From assembly GCA_009694365.1 (NCBI GenBank), contig SHVE01000005.1:20175-84174 (forward strand): DNA of 64,000 nucleotides, written 5' to 3'. The notes under the pieces were generated by a model. It saw only the letters and a list, made by a program, of their open reading frames with translations. It had not been told where the DNA came from and ran no database searches. Within the stretch, counting starts at the first letter, position 1. Each line of letters begins with the position of its first letter. The stretch comes from Thermoleophilia bacterium (GTDB lineage: Bacteria; Actinomycetota; Thermoleophilia; Miltoncostaeales; Miltoncostaeaceae). The position numbers were made by a program, and so were the translations under genes. Of this stretch, positions 55,575 to 63,839 are shown piece after piece.

Positions 55575-56428
55575 ATGTGTACTCCGGTTGGATGTGACGA
55601 ACGGGTGCGGGGGCGGGTTGCCCGCCGTGTCCACGGAAGGGCGATGAACTCCGCGAGCGCCACCAGCGCGAAGAGCGCGATGCCGATGACGCCCAGTAGT
55701 GCCACGGCGGCGAAGGTGAGGGGTGTCTCAAACTGTCCGGCGGTGAGGCGGGTGAGGGCCCCGAGGCCGCGATCGGACGCCACCAGCTCACCCACCACCG
55801 CCCCCGATACCACAAACACCGCCGCGAGGCGCATGCCGGTGAAGAGGGCGGGCAGCGCGGACGGGATCCGAACGTGGTGCCAGATCCACGTTTCCGACGC
55901 CCCGAGCCCCCGGGCAGCGCGCACGAGGTCCGGGTCGGTGCCACGCAGTCCATCCACGCCGGCCACCACCACGGGGAAGAGGCTCATGAGTACGGCGAGC
56001 ACAACGATGGCCGCAAACGCCGGTAACCAGAGCAGGAGGAGGGGGGCGAGGGCGACGAGGGGGACGACCTGGCTCACGATGATCCACGGGTAAACGGCGA
56101 GCGCGGCGATCCGGCTACGGGCGATTGCGTACGCGAGGGCCGCGCCGAGGGCGATGGCCAGCGTGAGCCCGACGACCGTGACGACCACCGTCCACTGGGT
56201 GTGGAACCAGAGGCGATCCCGTGACGCCCAGCCGGTACTGACAATGAGGGCGGGTGACGGAAGCATCCAGTCACGCGGGTGGAACACCCAGGTGAGGATC
56301 TGCCAGAGGCCGATCAGCGAGAGGGGTAACGCCAGTATCAGTGCCACCCGGGCCGGGCGGATGCGACGCCAGAGCGGACGGGGTGGCACGTCCGCACCCG
56401 GAACCCCAGTCGCCGCGGCAGTTGTCAT
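55571..56428 (-). CDS. thiX: ABC transporter permease (ThiX-type, SsuC/TauC-like)
   Basis: Six-TM BPD-type permease with an EAA-like loop (AARGLGASETWIWHHVRIPSALP). The start and stop overlap neighbouring genes. Confidence 0.85.
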   Translation of the reverse strand: MTTAAATGVPGADVPPRPLWRRIRPARVALILALPLSLIGLWQILTWVFHPRDWMLPSPALIVSTGWASRDRLWFHTQWTVVVTVVGLTLAIALGAALAYAIARSRIAALAVYPWIIVSQVVPLVALAPLLLLWLPAFAAIVVLAVLMSLFPVVVAGVDGLRGTDPDLVRAARGLGASETWIWHHVRIPSALPALFTGMRLAAVFVVSGAVVGELVASDRGLGALTRLTAGQFETPLTFAAVALLGVIGIALFALVALAEFIALPWTRRATRPRTRSSHPTGVHM

Positions 56429-57141
56429 GCCATCACCCCGGCCGCGCGGAGGGACCCCAGCACGCGGGCGGCGGTCGACGCGTGCTCGGAGGGGTTCACC
56501 ACCACCTCGTCGACGATGCGCATGGGCCGGGGGCTCGACACCAGCACCCGGGTCGCCAGCGCCACGGCCTCGTGGATGTCGTGCGTCACGATGATCACCG
56601 TGGGCCGGTGCTCATCGTGCAGGTCGGCGAGCACCCGGTGCATGTCGGTGCGGGTCAGGGCGTCGAGCGCCCCGAACGGCTCATCCAGCAACCAGGCGCG
56701 ACGATCGGTGAGGAGGGTCCGGGCCAGCGCCCCCCGTTGCCGCATCCCCCCCGAGAGGGCGTGCGGGTAGTGATCGGCGAAGTCGGTGAGGCCGAGACGG
56801 GCAAGAGCCGAATCCGCCCGGCCGGTGGAGGTGTCGTCGTCTTTGCCACCGAGCACCCCCCCAATCGCGACGTTCTCCCGGAGCGTGAGCCACGGCATGA
56901 GTGCGTCGCGCTGGGGCATGAGGGCCGAGGAATCGGAGCAGCGGACATCCCCGGAGTCGGGTGCCCGGAGGCCGGCGATGACGTCGAGCAGCGTGCTCTT
57001 GCCACAACCAGACGGTCCGACGATCGCCGTGATCTCGCCCGCGAATGCGCACAGATCGACGCCGCCGAGCACCGCAACCGGGCGGTCACCGCCAAAGGTG
57101 AGCCGGAGGCCCGACGTCTCGATGTCGTGTCCATGGGACAC
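56425..57141 (-). CDS. thiZ: ABC transporter ATP-binding protein (ThiZ-type)
   Basis: Walker A GPSGCGKST, signature LSGGMRQR, Walker B LLDEPFGALD. GTG at 57141 lies 5 nt after GGGAG. The ATG at 57162 falls inside the riboswitch core, so it was rejected. Confidence 0.85.
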   Translation of the reverse strand: MSHGHDIETSGLRLTFGGDRPVAVLGGVDLCAFAGEITAIVGPSGCGKSTLLDVIAGLRAPDSGDVRCSDSSALMPQRDALMPWLTLRENVAIGGVLGGKDDDTSTGRADSALARLGLTDFADHYPHALSGGMRQRGALARTLLTDRRAWLLDEPFGALDALTRTDMHRVLADLHDEHRPTVIIVTHDIHEAVALATRVLVSSPRPMRIVDEVVVNPSEHASTAARVLGSLRAAGVMA

Positions 57142-57146
57142 GTGCA

Positions 57147-57232
57147 CTCCCTTCGCTGGCATTACCCAGATCAGGTTCAGAGGGTCGAGGCCGGTGTGCC
57201 TCCTCTCAGCCGCTCGGTGCGGCTCCCCTGTA
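57147..57232 (-). promoter_or_regulatory. TPP (THI-box) riboswitch
   Basis: Minus-strand sequence GGGGAGCCGCACCGAGCGGCUGAGAGGAGGCACACCGGCCUCGACCCUCUGAACCUGAUCUGGGUAAUGCCAGCGAAGGGAG. It contains all the conserved THI-element blocks: GGGG.GC, CUGAGA, ACCC, AACCUGAUCUGG.UAAUGCCAGCG, AGGGA. Its 3' end overlaps the thiZ SD and start. Confidence 0.92.
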
Positions 57233-57246
57233 TGCGGGTGACGCTA

Positions 57247-57636
57247 TCAGTCGCCGCCCACCGCGACGAGTTCGATCCGGTAGCCGTCCGGGTCACGCAG
57301 GAAGCAGATAGTGGAACCCCCCGGCCGAGAGGCGTACGGGGGCCGCTCGGGAAGGATCCCCCGGGCGGCCAACCCCTCAAGCTCGGCTTCCATGTCGTCA
57401 ACGGACAGGGCGATGTGGCCGAACGCCTCGCCGAGCGGGTACGGCTCGGTGCGTCCGTCGTTGAGGGTCAGCTCCAGACGCTCCCCATCATCCGGCAGCG
57501 CGAGGAAGATGACCGTTGCCGTGTCGCCACCCACGCGTGTGCGGCTGGTTTCCACGAAGCCCAGGGCACCGTAGAAGGCGAGCGAACGGTCCTCGTCGAG
57601 AATCCGGAGCATGGTGTGGATGAGGCGGCGTGGCAT
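57247..57636 (-). CDS. gloA: Glyoxalase I / VOC-family protein
   Basis: LIHTMLRILD...SLAFY, GHIALSVDD and DPDGYRIEL motifs. ATG at 57636. The upstream ORF extension is not protein-like. Confidence 0.85.
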   Translation of the reverse strand: MPRRLIHTMLRILDEDRSLAFYGALGFVETSRTRVGGDTATVIFLALPDDGERLELTLNDGRTEPYPLGEAFGHIALSVDDMEAELEGLAARGILPERPPYASRPGGSTICFLRDPDGYRIELVAVGGD

Positions 57637-58096
57637 GGGTCTCCTCGGGAGTCGGGTACAACCGGAATCATGCACCCGGCGGCGAGTCCGGGCGGGGTTG
57701 GGATGGTCAATCGACGAGGTACTCGGTGCGTGGCACCGTGGATTGGGGACGTGCTCCGTGGCGCGCGGTCGTTGGGGCATGGCCCGCGTCGGGGATCGCC
57801 CACGCGGCGTGAGGGGTGTGTGGGTACGGCAACGGCAACCGAATCCGGCGAGCCGGGCAAAACCGGGTCGGGCGGCGCGATGCGCCGCCCGACCGACACC
57901 CTGGGTCCCGACCGCGGGGCCCTCGGTGCCGCGAATCCCCACTCACGGCCCGCCACGCAGTGCCACCGCGCAGTCTCCGATTGGCGGTTGGTCCATCCTC
58001 GGTGGGGTCGCGTGGGCACCCGTCGGCCGAGGGAGCACAACCCTTTCCCGCCTTTCGCCGTCGGTACCGACGTGGCCGGGGTTACCATCGCTCGCG

Positions 58097-60118
58097 ATGG
58101 AGCCCGCGACCTACACGATTACCAACATGCATCCCCCCGCCGGTGACCAGCCACGGGCGATCGCCGCCCTTGGTGCGGGTCTCTCGGCGGGTGAGCGGTA
58201 CCAGACCCTTCTGGGGGTTACGGGGTCGGGCAAAACCTTCACCATGGCCAACGTCATCGCCGAGTCGGGGCGGCCCGCCCTGATCATCGCGCACAACAAG
58301 ACGCTGGCGGCGCAGTTGTGCAACGAGTTTCGGGAGTATCTGCCCGGTGCGGCGGTTGAGTACTTCGTCTCCTACTACGACTACTACCAGCCCGAGGCGT
58401 ACATCGCGTCGAGCGACACGTACATCGAGAAGGACGCCTCGGTCAACGATGAGATCGACCGGCTTCGGCACGCGGCCACGGCCGCACTGCTGGCACGCCG
58501 TGACGTGGTCATCGTGGCGTCGGTCTCCTGCATCTACGGGATGGGGTCGCCGGATCGCTATCGCGATCGACTGGTGTTGTTAGAAGTGGGTTCCAAGACG
58601 CCCCGTGACGAAATCTTCCGCCGCCTCGTCGAGGTGCAGTACCGGCGGAACGACATGGTGCTCCAGCGCGGGCGGTTCCGCGCGCGCGGGGACGTGTTCG
58701 AGATCCAGCCGGTCAACGCCGAGACGGCGTACCGCATCTCGATGTTTGGCGACACGGTGGAGTCGATCACGCACTTCCACCCGATCACCGGCGAGGTGTT
58801 CGGCGACCTGCAGTACGCCGCGATCTACCCGGCCACGCACTACGTGACCCCCACCGAGACGATGGAGGAAGCGCTCCGGGAGATCCGCACGGAGTTGGAG
58901 CAGCGATGCACGCTGTTCGACGCGCAGGGCAAGGTGGTGGAGGCGCACCGCCTGCGCCAGCGCACCGAGTACGACATCGAGATGCTCCGTGAGGTCGGCT
59001 TCTGCTCCGGTATCGAGAACTACTCGCGCATTCTCGACCGCCGGCGTCCGGGGGAACCGCCACACACGCTGCTCGACTTCTTCCCGCCGGATTTCCTCAC
59101 GTTCATCGACGAATCGCACAACACGGTCCCCCAGCTACGCGGCATGTACGAGGGTGACCGGTCACGGAAGATGACGCTCATCGAGCACGGCTTCCGCCTT
59201 CCGTCGGCGGCCGACAACCGACCCATTCGCCTCGACGAGTTTCTCGCACGCGTCGGGCAGGTGGTGTTCGTCTCGGCCACTCCGGGCCAGTTCGAGGCGG
59301 CGAACGCCTCCCGCACCGTGGAGCAGATCATCCGTCCGACGGGTCTCGTGGACCCGGAAGTGGAGGTCCGGCCGACCGCGAACCAGGTGGACGACCTAGT
59401 CAGCGAAATCCGCACGCGTGTCGCCGTGGATGAGCGTGTGCTCGTGACCACCCTCACCAAACGGATGGCTGAGGACCTGACCGACTACCTCACCGACGCG
59501 GGTACCAAGGCGCGCTACCTGCACTCCGACATCGACGCAATCGAGCGTATCCGGGTGGTGCGGTCGCTGCGCCTTGGCGAGTTCGACGTGCTCGTGGGGG
59601 TCAACCTGCTGCGCGAGGGCCTCGATCTTCCGGAGGTGACGTTGGTGGCCATTCTCGACGCCGACAAGGAGGGCTTCCTGCGCGGGCAGACGGCACTCAT
59701 CCAGACCATCGGCCGGGCGGCGCGCAACATCAACGGCCGGGTGCTCATGTACGCCGACCGTGAGACCACCGCGATGACGGTGGCGATCAGCGAAACGTCG
59801 CGACGGCGCGAGATCCAGCGGGCGCACAACGAGACGAACGGGATCACCCCGGTGTCCATCTCCAAAGGCGTGTCCGACATTGTTGAGTTCCTAGGCCTCA
59901 CCAGCGGCGGCGGGCGCAGGCGCGCGGCGAAGCCACCGGCCATTCCCGACGGCGCGACCCCGAATGAAATCCGGCGCGTGATGGTGGAGGTGGAGCACGA
60001 CATGATGGTCGCCGCGGAGGAACTGCGGTTCGAACGCGCGGCCGACCTGCGTGACCAGTTGGCCGCGCTGCGCGCCGAACTCGACGCGCGGGCGGTGGCC
60101 GCCGGGGCGGACGCCTGA
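58097..60118 (+). CDS. uvrB: Excinuclease ABC subunit B
   Basis: GDQPRAI, GVTGSGKTF, YYDYYQPEAY, and the C-terminal UVR domain (EELRFERAADLRDQL). ATG at 58097. Confidence 0.93.
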   Translation: MEPATYTITNMHPPAGDQPRAIAALGAGLSAGERYQTLLGVTGSGKTFTMANVIAESGRPALIIAHNKTLAAQLCNEFREYLPGAAVEYFVSYYDYYQPEAYIASSDTYIEKDASVNDEIDRLRHAATAALLARRDVVIVASVSCIYGMGSPDRYRDRLVLLEVGSKTPRDEIFRRLVEVQYRRNDMVLQRGRFRARGDVFEIQPVNAETAYRISMFGDTVESITHFHPITGEVFGDLQYAAIYPATHYVTPTETMEEALREIRTELEQRCTLFDAQGKVVEAHRLRQRTEYDIEMLREVGFCSGIENYSRILDRRRPGEPPHTLLDFFPPDFLTFIDESHNTVPQLRGMYEGDRSRKMTLIEHGFRLPSAADNRPIRLDEFLARVGQVVFVSATPGQFEAANASRTVEQIIRPTGLVDPEVEVRPTANQVDDLVSEIRTRVAVDERVLVTTLTKRMAEDLTDYLTDAGTKARYLHSDIDAIERIRVVRSLRLGEFDVLVGVNLLREGLDLPEVTLVAILDADKEGFLRGQTALIQTIGRAARNINGRVLMYADRETTAMTVAISETSRRREIQRAHNETNGITPVSISKGVSDIVEFLGLTSGGGRRRAAKPPAIPDGATPNEIRRVMVEVEHDMMVAAEELRFERAADLRDQLAALRAELDARAVAAGADA

Positions 60119-60337
60119 TGGCGGGCGCGGCACCGGGGATGTCCAGCAATGCTGAGTGGACGTCACGTGCGGTCCCTCGTCCCACCGGGGCTTCCCGTCG
60201 TGGTGACGAGGGGCCCCGCCTTACCGCTAGGGGACCTCGCAGCCGGGTCGGTCGTTACCCCGTATCGGGGCCCCGCGGGAGTGGTCTCGGGAGGATGATC
60301 GTCACCACCGCGTGGTGATCATTTGGCGGTGGGAATA

Positions 60338-60364
60338 TTCTCATAATGAGAACCATTCTCATAT
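60338..60364. promoter_or_regulatory. Zur/Fur-family operator (overlapping inverted repeats) upstream of znuA
   Basis: TTCTCAT-A-ATGAGAA-CCA-TTCTCAT. The core TGAGAAC-C-ATTCTCA (60347-60361) fits the actinobacterial Zur-box pattern TGAnAAn-n-AnTTnTCA. This is the only AT-rich patch in the region, about 45 nt upstream of the znuA ATG. A Zur-type regulator gene lies at 63329-63784. Confidence 0.75.
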
Positions 60365-60405
60365 AGCGTAGGCTCCGTCCGTATGGAAATCCGGGAGCGC
60401 CATTC

Positions 60406-61353
60406 ATGAGGGGATCGGGTCCTGCGGGCATCGCGGTCCTAGCGATGGGTGCGCTCATCGTCGCGCTCGGGCTCGCCGGGTGCGGTGGCCCCGGCTCCGT
60501 GACGACGGCGGTACCGGAGACGCCACGCATCGTCGTGACGACGCCTCTGCTCGGTTCTGTGGTGCGAGAGGCGGTGGGGGATTCCGCAGTGGTGGACGTG
60601 GTCATGCCGAACGGCGCCGACCCCCACGAGTGGCACCCGTCGGCCACCGCGGTGGCGGCGCTGCACGACGCCGATCTCATCGTCGAGAACGGTCTCGGTC
60701 TGGAGAGTTGGTTGACAGAGGCTATCGCCCAGGCCAAGGCGGACGGTGTTCCCGTGTTCACGGCGACCGATCACGTGGATGTTCTCACTGTTACGGAGGG
60801 GATGGGACCCACGGATGACGACCACGCGGTGGGCACGGCGGATCCGCACTTCTGGACCGATCCATCCCAGATGCGCGCGGTGGTGCTGGCTCTCCCCGCT
60901 GCGGTGAGGGCGGCGATGGGACTCGACGTATCGGCGCAGGCGCAGGCGACGGCGGCGGATCTTGCCTCCCTCGACACGCGAACGGCGACGATGCTCGCCA
61001 GCGTGCCCCCGGCGGCCCGTGGAATCGTGACCGGACACGACTCGCTTGGGTATCTCGCGCGTCGCAACGACTACACGCTCGTGGGTGCTGTCACGCCGTC
61101 GCTCTCGTCGCAGGGGCAGGTCTCGGCCGCCCATCTCGCCGCGCTCGAGGCGGCGATGCGGACGGCGGGGGTCCGGGTCATCTTCACCGAGACCGGTACG
61201 CCCCGGCAGGTGATTACAGCAATCGCGGATGAGACCGGTGCGACGGTTGTCGACCTCGGCACCGAGGCCCTTCCGCCTGACGGGTCGTACGACACCTTTA
61301 TGTCGGAGATTGCCCGCCGGATCGCCTCGGCACTCGGGAACACCGGCGGCTAA
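60406..61353 (+). CDS. znuA: Metal (probably zinc) ABC substrate-binding lipoprotein, TroA/ZnuA family
   Basis: Lipobox LGLAGCGG. Metal-ligand contexts NGADPHEWHPS and DPHFWTDP, and GHDSLGYL. Confidence 0.85.
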   Translation: MRGSGPAGIAVLAMGALIVALGLAGCGGPGSVTTAVPETPRIVVTTPLLGSVVREAVGDSAVVDVVMPNGADPHEWHPSATAVAALHDADLIVENGLGLESWLTEAIAQAKADGVPVFTATDHVDVLTVTEGMGPTDDDHAVGTADPHFWTDPSQMRAVVLALPAAVRAAMGLDVSAQAQATAADLASLDTRTATMLASVPPAARGIVTGHDSLGYLARRNDYTLVGAVTPSLSSQGQVSAAHLAALEAAMRTAGVRVIFTETGTPRQVITAIADETGATVVDLGTEALPPDGSYDTFMSEIARRIASALGNTGG

Positions 61354-61359
61354 GGGACC

Positions 61360-62202
61360 ATGGACCTTCTCACCGATCCATTCATCCAGAACGCCTTCAT
61401 GCAGAGGGCGCTGATCGCAGGCATCCTGGTTGCCATCGCCACTGGAGTGGTGGGGACGTTGATGGTGCTCCGGGGAATGGCCTTCCTCGGTGATGCCCTC
61501 GCGCACGGGGTGCTGCCGGGTGTCGCGGGGGCGCTGCTCATCGGCATCCCATCGTTTATCGGCGCCCTAGCGGGCGCTGCGGTGATGATCGGAGGGGTCA
61601 CGGTCGTCATGCGCCGCACCCGATTGTCGAGCGATGTGGCCATCGGCCTCTTATTTGTGGGCATGCTCGCCCTCGGCGTGGTGATGGTCTCCCGATCGTC
61701 CGAGTTCGTCGGGAGTCTCACGGACATTCTGTTCGGCGAGGTCCTCGGGGTGGGATGGACCGCCATCATGTGGCAGACCATCGTCGCCATCGTCGTCATC
61801 GTTCTCGCCTGGTTGCTCCGCCGCCCGTTCCTCCTTATGGCGATGGACCCGGACCAGGCCCGGGTGGCCGGCTACCGGATCGGCCTCCTGGAGGCCGTGT
61901 TCCTCGGGATGATCGCGGTGACCGTGGTGGCGTCGTTCAGCGTGGTGGGGACGCTGCTGGTCTTCGGAATGCTCCTCGCCCCGGCGGGAACGGCGGCCCT
62001 TCTCACCCGGCGAGTGGGAACGATGATGGTCCTGTCCGCCGCCGTCGGCTCCGTCAGTGCCTACGTGGGGCTCGTCCTCTCGTGGCACCTCGATCTGGCA
62101 GCAGGCGCGACCATCGTGCTGGTGGCCGTCGCCACCTTCTTCTTCGTCCTCGTCGTCCAGGGGCTGGTGCCCTCGCACCGGTCGCATTCGGAACACGCAT
62201 GA
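61360..62202 (+). CDS. znuB: Metal ABC transporter permease (ABC-3 / ZnuB family)
   Basis: Multi-TM protein with FMQRALIAGILVA N-terminus and GDALAHGVLPG, typical of ABC-3 permeases. Confidence 0.85.
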   Translation: MDLLTDPFIQNAFMQRALIAGILVAIATGVVGTLMVLRGMAFLGDALAHGVLPGVAGALLIGIPSFIGALAGAAVMIGGVTVVMRRTRLSSDVAIGLLFVGMLALGVVMVSRSSEFVGSLTDILFGEVLGVGWTAIMWQTIVAIVVIVLAWLLRRPFLLMAMDPDQARVAGYRIGLLEAVFLGMIAVTVVASFSVVGTLLVFGMLLAPAGTAALLTRRVGTMMVLSAAVGSVSAYVGLVLSWHLDLAAGATIVLVAVATFFFVLVVQGLVPSHRSHSEHA

Positions 62203-63047
62203 GTCACGCCCTCAGATGCGAGCACCTGGCCGTGGGGTACGACGGCCACGCGGTGGTCACGGACATTGCGCTCACTCTCGATCCGGGGCAGTGGCTGGCC
62301 GTCGTGGGCACCAACGGATCGGGCAAGAGCACGATGCTCCGCACAGTTGCGGGGCTCATCCCCCTTATAGGCGGGACCCTCGGTGTCCTCGGCGGGGCGG
62401 CGGGGGGGAGGCGGGCATCCGTGTCGTACCTGTCGCAGTCACACGAGCAGGGGTTCCTCCTGCCCCTCCGTGCGCGCGACGTGGTGCGCATGGGGCGGTG
62501 GCCGGTACGCGGGCTGGTGGGCCGTCTGCGGAGGGATGACGAGTCGGTGGTGGACGAGGCCATGGAGGCGCTCGGAATCAGCGATCTCGCCGACACGCCC
62601 CTCGGCGCGCTGTCGGGAGGGCAGTGCCAACGGGTCCATCTCGCGCAGGTCGTCTGTCGGCAGGCCGACCTTCTCCTCCTCGATGAGCCCACGGCGGGTC
62701 TCGACGCGGGAAGTCGGGAGCGGTACCTGCGCCTCATGGACTCAGAACGCGATCGCGGTGCCGCCATCGTCAGTGCCACCCATGACGTGCGGGAGGCGGC
62801 CCGCGCCGATCTGGCACTCCTCCTGGCCGAGCGGGTGGTCGCCTGTGGCCCGCCCGACGAGGTGCTCACCGCCGCCGCGCTGAGCGACACCTTCGGGGTC
62901 ATCATTGCCGGTTCCACCGGCCCTGTGGTCATCGATCCCCACCACGAACACGACCACGTCCACGGTCCGGGGACCCCTCGCCTACTCGGGCGATCACGTG
63001 CGCACGAGCAGGCGCACGGCCGCGACGGGGGCGGGCACCAGCACTAG
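62199..63047 (+). CDS. znuC: Metal ABC transporter ATP-binding protein with a His-rich C-terminal tail
   Basis: Walker A GTNGSGKST, signature LSGGQCQR, Walker B LLLDEPTAGLD. ATGA overlap with znuB. Tail HHEHDHVHG...HEQAHG...GHQH. Confidence 0.85.
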   Translation: MSHALRCEHLAVGYDGHAVVTDIALTLDPGQWLAVVGTNGSGKSTMLRTVAGLIPLIGGTLGVLGGAAGGRRASVSYLSQSHEQGFLLPLRARDVVRMGRWPVRGLVGRLRRDDESVVDEAMEALGISDLADTPLGALSGGQCQRVHLAQVVCRQADLLLLDEPTAGLDAGSRERYLRLMDSERDRGAAIVSATHDVREAARADLALLLAERVVACGPPDEVLTAAALSDTFGVIIAGSTGPVVIDPHHEHDHVHGPGTPRLLGRSRAHEQAHGRDGGGHQH

Positions 63048-63328
63048 GAGCGTAGGAGCGTAGGCGCACGCTGATCAGCCCGCTGTGGCCGGTGCCGGAG
63101 CACGTGACTTCCCGGTGTAGGTTGACGAGCGGGTGCGTGTGGTCGAGGGGACGGTGGTCGCCTGCTCCCGCTCGAGAGTTGGCCTGGCACGGTCGATCTA
63201 ATGACGGTTCCGTCACCGAGGGGACCCGACGACGGCTCCTCCTCCCGTGATCCCTGGGGGCCCTGACGAGCGTGGAACGGCCCCTCACGCCTCATGGGAA
63301 GCCTCGCACCGGGCGACCGCATGGTGAG

Positions 63329-63784
63329 CTACGGCGAGGCCGTACACCTCGCACATCGGCCGCGCAGGGTGATGTCGTGGGACTCGACATCGAACGACAG
63401 GCGGTCGGCGAAGCCGTGGATCGCCCGCTCCACGTCGGAATCATTGATCGGCACAACCGTGCCGCACTCCCGGCAGACGGCATGGTGATGATGGTCACCG
63501 TCCGGGTGGGCCGGCTCGAATCTGGCTACGGATCCCCCGAGATCAACCTTGTGGACGAGCCCGAGGTCGGTGAGCGTGTCGAGCGCGCGATACACCGACG
63601 CCATGGCGGGGTGGCATCCGTTCCGGCCGAGGGCGGCGTGAATCTCCTGAGCGGACAGGCAGCAGTCCTGGCGTGCGAGAAGGTCCACCACGGCGGTGCG
63701 CGCCCCACCAGCCCGAAGCCCCGTACGGGCGATGGCCTCCTCGGCATGGGAGGCCCATGCGGCGCGCTCGCGTGCGGTCGTCAT
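63329..63784 (-). CDS. zur: Fur-family metalloregulator, Zur-like
   Basis: Winged-helix region ([11 protein letters not shown]......[18 protein letters not shown]), [16 protein letters not shown] and the C-terminal C..C pair. ATG at 63784. Confidence 0.85.
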   Translation of the reverse strand: MTTARERAAWASHAEEAIARTGLRAGGARTAVVDLLARQDCCLSAQEIHAALGRNGCHPAMASVYRALDTLTDLGLVHKVDLGGSVARFEPAHPDGDHHHHAVCRECGTVVPINDSDVERAIHGFADRLSFDVESHDITLRGRCARCTASP

Positions 63785-63839
63785 TCTGAGGATGATCGCA
63801 CGCCGACGGGGTCCGGTGATCCGCAGCGGACCGGATACG

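Noticed and set aside
57160-57162. ATG at 57162 as the thiZ start, which is the start of the longest ORF.
   Set aside because: This ATG is the AUG inside the universally conserved UAAUGCCAGCG block of the TPP riboswitch. The GTG at 57141, 5 nt after GGGAG, is the credible start.
60118-60318. A 66-aa ORF whose ATG overlaps the uvrB stop (TGATG).
   Set aside because: The translation is Gly/Arg/Pro/Ser-rich with no hydrophobic core or motif. The overlap is likely fortuitous.
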